A stretch of 64,000 nucleotides of DNA from Owenia fusiformis (lineage: Eukaryota): NCBI GenBank assembly GCA_903813345.2, contig CAIIXF020000001.1:49848001-49912000 (forward strand), given 5' to 3'. Position 1 is the stretch's first letter. Every line of letters starts with the position of its first letter. Shown piece by piece: positions 1 through 13,391 of the stretch. The notes under the pieces are model-generated. The model saw only the letters and a list, made by a program, of their open reading frames with translations. It did not search any database and was not told the DNA's origin. The translations under genes were made by a program, and so were the position numbers.

Positions 1-3000
1 GCTAATTACTCAGTTACTTACTCAGCTCTTTACTGATCTATCTAGGTAAAATAAATCTGGAGTCTTAAATTGAACTTGTTCAATTTCACAAATCTAGTTA
101 TTATTATTTTTCTTTCTTTTTTCTTCCTCCTCACCAAATTTCTCGTCAACTATAACAGCTTACTTAATCCAACTTACTTGGTTAACTAAAGACTGAAACC
201 GGCTTTCTGGGAAATTAGGTCAAATTTTTATCTAGGTCAAAGGTCAAGAACTAGGTCAAATCTTACATTTTCAACATTCTTCATCATATCTTCGTCAATA
301 TTCTTCGTAACTCCTTCATCTTTTTTTCATCGTGTAGCTTAGAAAAAGGCGAATCAAAGATATGACATCAGAATTTTGATTACTCTTACCGATTTTGAGA
401 TACGGCGTCCGGAATGTAGGTCACGCCTAAACATGCTCCAAATCGAATGTGTGAGCTATGAAAAAGATGTAGAATTTTTTCAGGAATCCAAATCTGCAAA
501 CAAAATTTGGATCGGACTTCCGGTTCGGAAGTTATGGCGTTTTGAAAGCACAAAAATCGCTAAATTTGGTGCCTATGTTAAGTCAATGGGAAAAAAGACT
601 TTTTCGAAATGTAAAATACAGGATATAGACTGAGTACAGCTTAACATAATGAATGCTTATAAAAGAAGGGGACCTCAAAAGCTACATAGCTTCAAAATTT
701 GGACACCAAAATGCCTAGGTCAAAATCTAGGTCAAATTCATAGTTTTTCCTTATTTTTACGATTCTGACACTACACTTTAATAATTTACTTCATAATTTT
801 GTATACAGGTAGCAAAGAGTGTTCTAATAGTGTTAGCCTTTTGCCGTCAGAAAGTATTTTGACCCACTTTTGAGATATGGTGTCCGAAAAGTAGGTCAAA
901 ATAAAAAAAATTCCAAATTCAACGTATGAGTAACGAATTAAGAGTAGAATTTTCTCAGGAATCCGAATATGCAAACCAAATTTCGATCCGACTTCCGGTC
1001 CGGAAGTTATGGAGTGTCCAAAAAGTAGGTCAAAATAAAAAGTTTCCAAATTTAACGTATGAGTTATGAATTAGGGGTAGAATTTTGTCAGCAATCCGAA
1101 TCTGCAAACCAAATTTCGATCCGACTTCCGGTTCGAAAGTTATGGCGTTTTGAAGGCTCAAAAATCGCTAAATTTGGTGCCCCATGTTATGTCAATGAGA
1201 AAAAGGATTTTTTTTGAAGTGTAAAATACCAGATATAGACTGAGTACAGCTTAATATTCTGAAAGCCTATAAAAGAAGGGGACCTCGAAGATTATCTAGC
1301 TTTAAAATTTGGACGCAAAAATGCCTAGGTCAAAATCTAGGTCAAATTCATTGTTTTTCCTTATTTTTGCGATTCTGACATTACACTTTAATGATTTGCT
1401 TCCAAATTTTGTAGACAGGTAGCAAAGAGTGTGCTAATAGTGTTAGCCTTTTGCCGTCAGAAAGTATTTTGCCCCACTTTTGAGATATGGTGTCCGAAAT
1501 GTAGGTCAAAATAAAAAATTCTCCCAATTTAACGTATGAGTTATGAATTAAGGGTAGATTTATCTCAGGAATCCGAATCTTTAAAGCAAATTTCAATCCA
1601 ACTTCTGGTTACATAGTTATTGCAGTTTGAAGTCTCGAAAAGTCGATATGATGATTTCCCCATGTTAAGCCAATGGAGTCGAAGATAACATTCTTAAGAG
1701 TTGTCTAAATGTCTATATTCTAGCTGACTCAGCTTATTCTGGATGACTCAGCTTACAAGTTCTGGATGACTCAGCTCAGTTTGAAATCTGGAGTCTTAAA
1801 TTGAACTTGTTCAATTTACATGTCTAGTTATTATTAGACTCCAGATTGAAAATCTGGAGTCTATTGCTTTTGCCAGTTTTCTTATTATTATTAGACTCCA
1901 GATTGAAAATCTGGAGTCTATTGCTTTTGCCAGTTTTCTTATTATTATTATTATTATTATTCTTTCTTTCCGCGTTTTCTCAGCAACTAGAGGGACTTCC
2001 TAAAATCTGCTAACATAGTCAACTAGGTAATGAGTTCTAGTTTCTGGGAAATTAGGTCAAATGTTTATCTAGGTCAAAGGTCAAGAACTAGGTCAAATCG
2101 TCTCTTTTTGCTATTTCACAAGTTTTCTCAGTCGTCCTTTGGTATTTTCGCTCCGGTTTTTTTTCATCATGTTCCTTAGAAAAAAAGCTAATTCCGTAAG
2201 GCAAACCGTTTTTTGATTACTCTTACCAATTTTGAGATATGGCGTCCGAAAAGTAGGTCAGAACATAAAAAATTCTCCAAATTCAACGTGTGAATTATCA
2301 AATAAGTGTAGAATTATCTCAGGAATCCGAATCTGCAAACAAAATTTTGATCCGACTTCCAGTTCGGAAGTTATAGCGTTTTGAAATCTCAAAAATCGCT
2401 AAATTTGGTGCCCATGTTAAGTCAATGGGAAAAAAGGCTTTTTTGAAGTGTAAAATACAAGATATAGACTGAGTTCAGCTTAACATATTGAATGCCTATA
2501 AAAGAAGGGGACCTCAAAAGCTACATAGCTTCGAAATTTGGACACCAAAATGCCTAGGTCAAAATCTAGGTCAAATTCATAGTTTTTCCTTATTTTTGCG
2601 ATTCTGGCACTACACTTTTAGGATTTGCTTCAAAATTTTGTATACAGGTAGCAAAGAGTGTGCTAATAGTGAGAGCCTTTTGCCGTCAGAAAGTATTTTG
2701 ACCCACTTTTGAGATATGGTGTCCGTAAAGTAGGTCAAAATAAAAATTTCTCATAATTTAACTTATGAGTTATGAATTAAGGGTAGAATTTTCTCAGGAA
2801 TCCGAATCTGCAAACCAAATTTCAATCCGACTTTTCGTTGGGAAGTTATGGCGTTTTGAAAGCTCAAAAATCGCTAATTTTGGTGCCCCATGTTATGTCA
2901 ATGAGAAAAAAGATTTTTTTGAAGTGTAAAATACCAGATAAAGACTGAGTACAGCTTAAGATTCTGAAAGTCTATAAAAGAAGGGGACCTCGAAGGCTAT

Positions 3001-6000
3001 CTAGCTTTAAAATTTGGACACCAAAATCCCTAGGTCAAAATCTAGGTCAAATACATAGTTTTTCCTTATTTTTGCGATTCTGGCACTACACTTTTAGGAT
3101 TTGCTTCAAAATTTTGTATACAGGTAGCAAAGAATGGGCTTATAGTGTTAGCCTTTTGCCGTCAGAGAGTATTTTGACCCACTTTTGAGATATGGTGTCG
3201 GAAAAGTAGGTCAAAATAAAAAATTCTCCAAATTTTACATATGAGTTATGAATTAAGAGTAGAATTTTCTCAGGAATCCGAATCTGCAAACCAAATTTCG
3301 ATCCTACTTCCGGTTCCAAAGTTATGGCGTGTCCGAAAAGTAGGTCAAAATAAAAATTCGCCAAATTTAACGTATGAGTTATGAATAAGGGGTAGAATTT
3401 TGTCAGGAATCCGAATCTTTAAATCAAATTTCAATCCGACTTCCGGTTTGAAAGTTATGGCGTTTTGAAATTTCGAGAAAAATCGATATGATGTTATCCT
3501 GATAGAAAGTCAAGGAAAAAAGATTTTTTTGAAGTGTAAAATACGAGATATAGATTGAGTACAGCTTAAGATAATGAATTCCTATAAAAGAAGGGGACCT
3601 CAAAAGCTACCTAGTTTCAATATTTGGACACCAAAATGACTAGGTCAAAATCTAGGTCAAATTCATAGTTTTTCCTTATTTTTGCGATTCTGGCACTACA
3701 CTTTTAGGATTTGCTTCAAAATTTTGTATACAGGTAGCAAAGAGTGTGCTAATAGTGTTAGCCTTTTGCTGTCAGAGAGTATTTTGACCCACTTTTGAGA
3801 TATGGTGTCCGAAAAGTAGGTCAAAATAAAAGTTCTCCGAATTTAGCATATGAGTTATGAAATAAGGATAGAATTTTCTGAGGAATCTGAATCTGCAAAC
3901 CAAATTTCGATCCGACTTTCTGTTTGAAAGTTATAGCGTTTTGAAAGCTCGAAAATTGCTAAATTTGGTGCCCCGTGTTATGTCAATAGGGAAAAAGATT
4001 GTTTTGAAGTCTAAAATACCAGATATAGACTGAGTACAGCTTAACATTCTGAAAGCCTTTAAAAGAAGGGGACCTCGAAGGCTATCTAGCTTTAAAATTT
4101 GGACACCAAAATGCCAAGGTCAAAATCTAGGGCAAATTCATAATTTTCCTTATTTTTGCGATTCTGACATTACACTTTAATGATTTGCTTCGAAATTTTG
4201 TATACAGGTAGCAAAGAGTGTGCTTATAGTGATAGCCTTTTGCCGTCAGAAAGTATTTTGACCCACTTTTGAGATATGGTGTCCAAAAAGTAGGTCAAAA
4301 AAAAATCTCCAAATTTAATGTATGAGTTATGAATTAAGGGTAGAATTTTCTCAGGAGTCCGAATCTTTAAACCAAAATACAATCTAACTTCTGGTTAGAT
4401 AGTTATAGCGGTTTGAAGTCTCGAAAAGTCGATATGATGATATCCCCATGTTAAGCCAATGGAGTCGAAGATAAAAAATGGAGAGTTGTCTAAATGTCTA
4501 AATTCTAGCTGACTCGATCAGCTTATTCTGGATGACTCAGCTTACAAGTATTCTGGATGACTCAGCTTAAAAAAAGAATTAAATCTGGAGTCTTAAATTG
4601 AACTTGTTCAATTTACATGTCTAGTTATTCTTTCTTTGCGCGTTTTCTCAGCAACTAGAGGGACTTTCTGAAATCTGCTTACATGGTTAAATAGGTAATG
4701 AGACCTAGTTTCTGGGAAATTAGGTCAAATATTTATCTTGGTCAAAGGTCAAAATCTAGGTCAAATTATCATTTTGTCAATTATCTCTGTCATTTTTCAA
4801 TATTTTTTCAAAATTTTTTTTTCAACGTGTAGCCAAGAAAAAGACGATTCGACTCTGAGTAATCAATTTTTTGATTACTTTTACCGATTTTGAGATATTG
4901 CGTCCGGAAAGTAGGTCAAACGAAAACGTTCTCCAAATTCAACGTATGAGTTATGAAATAAGTGTAAAATTTCCTCAGGAATCCAAATCTGCAAACCAAA
5001 TTTCGATCTGACTTCCGGTTCGGAAGCTATAGCGTTTTGAAATTGCTAAATTTGGTGCCCATGTAAAGCCAATGGGAAAAAAAGATTTTTTCGAAGTGTA
5101 AAATACAAGATATAGACTGAGCACAGCTTAACATAATGAATGCCCATAAAAGAAGGGGACCTCAAAAGCTACCTAGCTTCAAAATTTGGACACTAAAATG
5201 CCTAGGTCAAAATCTAGGTCAAATTCATAGTTTTTCCTTATTTTTGCGATTCTGGCACTACACTTTTAGGATTTGCTTCAAAATTTTGTATACAGGTAGC
5301 AAAGAGTGTGCTAATAGTGGGAGCCTTTTGCCGTCAGAAAGTATTTTGACCCACTTTTGAGATATGGTGTCCGTAAAGTAGGTCAAAATAAAAATTTCTC
5401 ATAATTTAACTTATGAGTTATGAATTAAGGGTAGAATTTTCTCAGGAATCCGAATCTGCAAACCAAATTTCAATCCGACTTTTCGTTGGGAAGTTATGGC
5501 GTTTTGAAAGCTCAAAAATCGCTAATTTTGGTGCCCCATGTTATGTCAATGAGAAAAAAGATTTTTTTGAAGTGTAAAATACCGGACAAAGACTGAGTAC
5601 AGCTTAAGATTCTGAAAGTCTATAAAAGAAGGGGACCTCGAAGGCTATCTAGCTTTAAAATTTGGACACCAAAATCCCTAGGTCAAAATCTAGGTCAAAT
5701 ACATAGTTTTTCCTTATTTTTGCGATTCTGGCACTACACTTTTAGGATTTGCTTCAAAATTTTGTATACAGGTAGCAAAGAGTGGGCTTATAGTGTTAGC
5801 CTTTTGCCGTCAGAGAGTATTTTGACCCACTTTTGAGATATGGTGTCCGAAAAGTAGGTCAAAATAAAAAATTCTCCAAATTTTACATATGAGTTATGAA
5901 TTAAGAGTAGAATTTTCTCAGGAATCCGAATCTGCAAACCAAATTTCGATCCGACTTCCGGTTCCAAAGTTATGGCGTGTCCGAAAAGTAGGTCAAAATA

Positions 6001-8518
6001 AAAATTCGCCAAATTTAACGTATGAGTTATGAATAAGGGGTAGAATTTTGTCAGGAATCCGAATCTTTAAATCAAATTTCGATCCGACATCCGGTTTGAA
6101 AGTTATGGCGTTTTGAAGTTTCGAGAAAAATCGATCTGATGTTATCCTGATAGAAAGTCAAGGAAAAAAGATTTTTTTGAAGTGTAAAATACAAGATATA
6201 GATTGAGTACAGCTTAAGATAATGAATTCCTATAAAAGAAGGGGACCTCAAAAGCTACCTAGTTTCAATATTTGGACACCAAAATGCCAAGGTCAAAATC
6301 TAGGGCAAATTCATAATTTTCCTTATTTTTGCGATTCTGACATTACACTTTAATGATTTGCTTCGAAATTTTGTATACAGGTAGCAAAGAGTGTGCTTAT
6401 AGTGATAGCCTTTTGCCGTCAGAAAGTATTTTGACCCACTTTTGAGATATGGTGTCCAAAAATTAGGTCAAAATAAAAAAATCTCCAAATTTAATGTATG
6501 AGTTATGAATTAAGGGTAGAATTTTCTCAGAAGTCCGAATCTTTAAACCAAAATACAATCTTACTTCTGGTTAGATAGTTATAGCGGTTTGAAGTCTCGA
6601 AAAGTCGATATGATGATATCCCCATGTTAAGCCAATGGAGTCGAAGATAAAAAATGGAGAGTTGTCTAAATGTCTAAATTCTAGCTGACTCGATCAGCTT
6701 ATTCTGGATGACTCAGCTTACAAGTATTCTGGATGACTCAGCTTAAAAAAAGAATTAAATCTGGAGTCTTAAATTGAACTTGTTCAATTTACATGTCTAG
6801 TTATTATTATTTTTCTTTCTTTTTTCTTCCTCCTCACCAAATTTCTCGTCAACTATAACAGCTAACTTAATCCAACTTACATGGTTAACTAAAGACTGAA
6901 ACCGGCTTTCGGGGAAATTAGGTCAAATTTTTATCTAGGTCAAAGGTCAAGAACTAGGTCAAATCTTACATTTTCAACATTCTTCATCATATCTTCGTCA
7001 ATATTCTTCGTAACTCCTTCATCTTTTTTTCATCGTGTAGCTTAGAAAAAGGCGAATCAAAGATATGACATCAGAATTTTGATTACTCTTACCGATTTTG
7101 AGATATGGCGTCCGAAATGTAGGTCACGCCTAAACATGCTCCAAATCGAATGTGTGAGCTATGAAAAAGATGTAGAATTTTCTCAGGAATCCAAATCTGC
7201 AAACCAAATTTGGATCGGACTTCCGGTCCGGAAGTTATGGCGTTTTGAAAGCTCAAAAATCGCTAAATTTGGTGCCTATGTTAAGTCAATGGGAAAAAAG
7301 ACTTATTCGAAGTGTAAAATACAGGATATTGACGGAGTACAGCTTAACATAATGAATGTTTATAAAAGAAGGGGACCTCAAAAGCTACATAGCTTCAAAA
7401 TTTGGACACCAAAATGCCTAGGTCAAAATCTAGGTCAAATTCATAGTTTTTCCTTATTTTTACGATTCTGACACTACACTTTAATAATTTACTTCAAAAT
7501 TTTGTATACAAGTAGCAAAGAGTGTGCTTATAGTGTTAGCCTTTTGCCGTCAGAAAGTATTTTGACCCACTTTTGAGATATGGTGTCCGAAAAGTAGGTC
7601 AAAATAAAAAGTTTTCCAGATTCAACGTATGAGTTATGAATTAAGGGTAGAATTTTCTCATGAATCCGAATCTGCAAACCAAATTTCGATCCGACTTCCG
7701 GTTCGGAAGTTATGGCGTGTCCAAAAAGTAGGTCAAAATAAAAAAATTCCAAATTTAACGTATGAGTTATGAATTAGGGGTAGAATTTTGTCAGCAATCC
7801 GAATCTGCAAACCAAATTTCAATCCGACTTCCGGTTCGAAAGTTATGGCGTTTTGAAGGCTCAAAAATCGCCAAATTTGGTGCCCCATGCTATGTCAATG
7901 AGAAAAAGGATTTTTTGGAAGTGTAAAATACCAGATATAGACTGAGTACAGCTTAATATTCTGAAAGCCTATAAAAGGAGGGGACCTCGAAGGCTATCTA
8001 GCTTTAAAATTTGGACGCAAAAATGCCTAGGTCAAAATCTAGGTCAAAATCATAGTTTTTCCTTATTTTTGCGATTCTGACATTACACTTTAATGATTTG
8101 CTTCCAAATTTTGTAGACAGGTAGCAAAGAGTGTGCTTATAGTGTTAGCCTTTTGCCGTCAGAAAGTATTTTGCCCCACTTTTGAGATATGGTGTCCGAA
8201 ATGTAGGTCAAAATAAAAAGTTCTCCCAATTTAACGTATGAGTTATGAATTAAGGGTAGATTTTTCTCAGGAATCCGAATCTTTAAAGCAAATTTCAATC
8301 CAACTTCTGGTTACATAGTTATTGCAGTTTGAAGTCTCGAAAAGTCGATATGATGATTTCCCCATGTTAAGCCAATGGAGTCGAAGATAACATTCTTAAG
8401 AGTTGTCTAAATGACTATATTCTGGATGACTCAGCTTACAAGTTCTGGATGACTCAGCTTAAACAAAGTTTTAAATCTGGAGTCTTAAATTGAACTTGTT
8501 CAATTTACATGTCTAGTT
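1..8518 (+). mobile_element. Nested/tandem array of non-autonomous Helentron-like (HINE/DINE-1-type) elements with internal ~480-bp tandem repeats
   Basis: Five 3' ends: sub-terminal AATCTGGAGTCT, hairpin AAATTGAAC-tt-GTTCAATTT, then CTAG|TT, with CTAG at 94, 1824, 4621, 6797 and 8513. Two 5' heads with palindrome AGACTCCAGATT-gaa-AATCTGGAGTCT start at 1836 and 1893, each followed by (TTA)n. Bodies are ~475-480-bp repeats (GATATAGACTGAGT-like motif near 2461, 2937, 4022). The short ORFs here are repeat artefacts. Confidence 0.75.
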
Positions 8519-8872
8519 ATTAATGCTAGCCTATTTTTCAGTTGGGTTTAGTGACATTTACTACACATTATTTAATATATATTCATGTTCAATTGATTGA
8601 ACAGCTGAACATCTTATTGAGTCCTTTACTCTAACAAATTCATATATTTTATTTTATTTGAAATATAAAACCACATCAACTCCATCTTAATGTATTTAAT
8701 CTTTTACAAATCATATTATTGAATTTTCTTAAAATTATCTCCGAATTCATTATTGGTGATTCTTTCATCAATTCCCTACAGCCATCAATAAACTTCTATA
8801 ATGGATATTAAAGTAAGACAATGATATGATGTTTGAGTTAGTACTGTACCACAGATGTGACCTGACTTAAGC

Positions 8873-9036
8873 ATACTTACCTGGCACAGGGGATACCTTG
8901 ATCATCTAGGAGGTTCCCCCAGTGTGAGGCCTGTCCATTGCACTTCGGGCGGGCTGACCGCTGCGATAACCCCAAATGTGGGTTACTCGGGTGCGTAATT
9001 TCTGATAGTGGGGGACTGCGTTCGCGCTTTCCCCTG
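8873..9036 (+). ncRNA. U1: U1 spliceosomal snRNA (164 nt)
   Basis: Starts ATACTTACCTGG. Stem-loop II loop ATTGCAC (U1A site); stem-loop III CGATAACCCCAAATGTGGGTTACTCG; helix H GCAC/GTGC; Sm site AATTTCTG; terminal GGGGACTGCGTTCGCGCTTTCCCCTG. All helices pair. Confidence 0.97.
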
Positions 9037-9847
9037 ATAAACTAATGTTAGTTTCCCCTCTCTCTCCCTGAATATAATCTTTGGTCCACCTCCTTGCATT
9101 TGATGAGTGAAGAGTACCCTCAATTTTAAGCCCAACAACATTCTTCTGACAATATATTAAGTAAGATGAAGATGGAAAAATTCATATACATGTATATTAA
9201 AAACATGCAACTATTCAATATTGAGCCAGACCATTTTGCCACACCATGGAGGCCACGGGCCACTAATTCGAATTTGCCATTGTAATCACCTCATTGAGAT
9301 TATTTTGTGGAGTTAACATGAGTATCTGATGAAAATAAAGGCAACTCAGCATGTCTAAATATTAATTAGGTTATTTAAGTTATGTAATGTTATTCATATT
9401 TTAGTTTCTAATTTCTACAGTAAGCTTTGATTCAAACAAGATAGTTTAGATTTTTAGATAATAGCTGATGTGATAAGAAGATCTAATTAGGCTGTTTAAG
9501 TAATGTCATGTTTGTTTTAGTTCAAATTGTTATTTACAATAAGCTTTGATTCAGCATACCATTGCTTAACATCTGCAGTTCATGTTCCATTAATAAAGAT
9601 TTTCAGTGCTCATTTTAGTTGAGTTGTTTAACTTTGTAAATCAATTTTTTTATTTGGACAGCAGTAAATAAACAAGAGTGGGCATTTTATGGAATACTTT
9701 TAGCTTTATTTAAAAGATGGCAGTTGTACATTTGCCAGAAGTGTTATATGTTAAAATAACAGTAATCAGTCAAAATGGCCATTACATTCAGAGAACAACC
9801 CCACTTTCCTGAATTTTATAAATGGTTTCTAAAGTGAAAGGTCTTAG

Positions 9848-11187
9848 TTATCCCACCGAACAAAGTTCGAGGGGGATATAGAAAAGCCGTCCGTCCGTCC
9901 GTTCGTCCGTCCGTCTGTTCGTCCGTCCGTTCGTCCGTCCGTCCGTTCGTGTGTCCGGGCAATAACTCAAATACCGGTTGACGGATTTCATTCAAATTTT
10001 ATAGGCTTATGCCTTATGGGTGTAAGACCTCTGCTCGAGAAGGAATTTTCAATATGGCCGCTTAATTCAAAATGGCGGCCATTTTTCGGAAAAAATATAA
10101 TCTTTAATAACTCAAATGCTGGTGGATGGATTTGGTTCAAATTTTATATGCTGTTGCCTTGGTACAAAGGAGCCTTGCTCAAGAAGACATTTTCAAGATG
10201 GCCACCAAATTTCAAAATGGCGGCCATTTTTCGTAAAAGAACGTTATCTTTGATAACTCAAAGACCATTGAATGGATTTGGTTCAAATTTTAGATGCTGA
10301 TGCCTAGGGACATAGGAGCTCTGCTCGAGAAAGGATTTTCAAAATGGCAGCTAAATTTCAAAATGGCGGCCATTTTTCGTAAAAAAACGTTATCTTCGAT
10401 AACTCAAATACCATTGAATGGATTTGGTTTAAATTTAGATGCTGATGCCTAGGGGCATAGGAGCTCTGCTCAAGAAAGGATTTTCAAGATGGCAGCTAAA
10501 TATCAAAATGGCGGCCATTTTTCATAAAAAAACATTATCTTTGATAACTCAATTACCATTGAATGGATTTAGTTCAAATTTTACATGATGATGCCTAGGA
10601 ACATAGGAGCTCTGCTTGAGAAGGGATTTTCAAGGTGGTAGCTAAATTTCAAAATGGCCGCCATTTTTCATAAAAGAACGTAACCTTTGATAACTCAAAT
10701 ACCAGTTGACGGATTTGGTTCAAATTCTATATGCTAATGCCTAGAGACAAAGAAGTTCTGCTCAAAAATGAATTTTCAAGATGGCCACTGAATTTCAAAA
10801 TGGCCGCCATTTTTCGTAAAAAAAACGTAATTAATGATAACTCAAATACTAGTGGATGGATTTGATTCCAATTTTATATGCTGATGTTTAGGGAAAAAGG
10901 AGATCTGCGCCAGAAGAAATTTCAAAGGCGATAGCTGAATTTCAAAATGGCTGCCATTTTTCATTGAGAAAGTAACCTTTGATAACCCAGATACCATTGG
11001 ACGGACATTCTCTGCTAAAGAAGAAATCTAAAGATGACAGCTGAATTTCAAAATTGCAACCATGTTTCATAAAGACATAATCTTTGATAATTCAAATACC
11101 AGTGGATGAATTTGGCTCAATTTTTTTATCAAAACATGTTTTGTTCGGTGGGATTTGCTACTCCGTGGAGTTGCTGTTTTTCTAGTT
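9848..11187 (+). mobile_element. HINE/DINE-1-like non-autonomous Helentron, family 2, full length
   Basis: 5' sub-TIR ATCCCACCGAAC with adjacent inverted copy; (GTCC/GTTC)n microsatellite ~9888-9955; ~120-bp central tandem repeats (TTCAAAATGGCGGCCATTTT); 3' sub-TIR GTTCGGTGGGAT; hairpin GCTACTCC-gt-GGAGTTGC; ends CTAG|TT. Confidence 0.85.
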
Positions 11188-11589
11188 ACTCTACGTAACG
11201 TCGTTACATGACATAAAGAAGGTATGTTAGTAAGTATTAACACTAGCCTATTTTTCAGTTGGGCTTTCAACTAGAAGGGTAGGCAACTTCCCATATTTCA
11301 TACATAAGCATTGCCTTGGTTTTCAAAATTGGAGAATGTACACATTCCAAAAAATACTTATTTTGTACTTTTTATTGATGATTTAAAGAAATAACTCAAA
11401 AATAAAAACATGATTATCTCCATACATATTGATTTCTACACAAACAAGTACTATGAAAAGTATCACACGACAAATAAGTAAGACATCCTTCAAGATCTAT
11501 GGCAGGCTAGATAATATATCCATAATTGATGACCGTTGGTTGATGATCGGTGTCTGTAACGAATTCTTACAACTTCCAATAACTTAACA

Positions 11590-11940
11590 AATACTGTTTA
11601 GGCTGACTTCAATTTTTCTTCAAAAATCACCTACAAATTTTCAGAAGTTCAAATCTGACTTTATATTTAATATTTGACCTTCAATAATCTTTTCAAGGTA
11701 AAAAAAAAGTTAAAAAGCTATTTTTCAGCTTGCTTCAAATTGACCAATTTTCTATCAAAATCATCTACAAGTTATCAGAAGTTCAAATCTGACTTAAGAT
11801 TTTAGATTTGACCTTCAATGACCTTCTCAAGGTCAAAAAAGGTCACAAAGATATTTTTTCAACTTGCTTCAAATAGACAAATTCTTTTTTTTCAAAATCA
11901 TCTCCAAGTTCTCAGAAATTCAAATCTGACTAAAGATTGA
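11590..11940. repeat. Degenerate ~130-bp tandem repeat (about 3 copies), related to the core of the element at 47455-48288
   Basis: Repeated AAAATCATCTACAAGTT..CAGAAGTTCAAATCTGACT; the reverse complement occurs near 47750-47815. Confidence 0.55.
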
Positions 11941-13391
11941 ACCCATAATATACATTTTATCATGTTAAAGTGCCTTGTATCCATATACAGCATAGGCATA
12001 GCAAGAAGGGGTGCGATGGGTGCAAAATTACAGTTAAATCAATTTGCAAAATTAAAAACAAATCTTTCCTCCCCCCCCCCGACTGAAACCCCAAAAATGT
12101 TACGCCAATGTACAGTCTTGTAAGGCCAATATTATGTCTGCATTTATTACACACTTTAAGTTTTGTGTTAACTACTCCTAAAACTTTGAAATTGCCAATC
12201 AAATAAAAACTTTCTCTTGTTTCACATCTGGGTACTTCTAGATCAAGGTTAGTTTTAAAATTGGAAAATACAATTTTTGCTTGATTCTCTTTGTTTTGAT
12301 TGAATAAATTTGGTTTCCCAAAATGACCACTTTTTAGTATGATAGCAAAATCAAAATGTCATTAAGTTCAAAAGTATTCAGAAGAATCTTTTTGATGCCC
12401 AGTGTGCCCAGACGTGCATGTGAATCATTTGACGTCTATGAAATAATGTTAGGGTTACCAAGTATGTTAGCTAAGAGCACTAATATGTATTGTTCAATTC
12501 TAATTCTAGTATAATTACTGAAGCAGTAATTGAAATCTACTGGTATTGAGGTTCATTTGGAGTTCCTTACATATTATACGTTTCAGGTAGCATGAATTCC
12601 AAGTTATACAGTCATAGTGTGATAATGCAGATCATTAAATCATATAATAATTGTAGTATATGAGAAGGGGCACTGAGAAGGGCAATTAGTGAATGACGCA
12701 GTTATGTAGGTACAATATATAATCAGTAAGTGACGCAGTTATGTGTATAACTACACTACAGGGTACATAAAAATTTTGAAAACATTGTAAATTAAAATAT
12801 TCAGTGATACTTGTAAATCTGAGACTACCCCAACAATGAAATGTATCAACTTATATTATAACCACCTTGCCGGGACTGTTCTAGGGGTATTAGTGCTAGT
12901 TTAGAAGGCTACTATTTTACTAAATTGAACTTAGCAATATGTGCCGTTATAGTGGCGGGCCGTAATTGCGGGCCGTAGTGGCGGGCCGTAGTGGCAGACC
13001 AATAATGATATTTCAGTCCGAAATGAGATATCGTTTAGTGCATATACTTTTCATTCAGCCCTGGGCATAAACGGTGGTAATAATCTGAAAATTACATACC
13101 ACCTTGTTGAAAAACGTTACATCCTGCCAAAATAGTGAAACATTAAGATATTTTGGCTAAAACAGTAGTCATGAAACCAAAACTACCTTAACTTTTGTGT
13201 TACCCTGTTCTTAGCTTATAAATTGTGCTGATGCAAGTATAACATTATACCAAATCAACAATGCATATGCAACATACATGTATAGCTTTTATTCTTCACA
13301 TATTCAATAAATGAAAAGAAGCTGGAATTCAAAAAACTTTAAAATTCAAATCTTATACATACTATAGCAAGATAGATCGAATTGCATCATA

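Noticed and set aside
376..7752. Recurrent 70-130 aa ORFs
   Set aside because: They are translations of the ~480-bp repeat with stops at varying positions and no recognisable domain (no Rep/helicase motifs).
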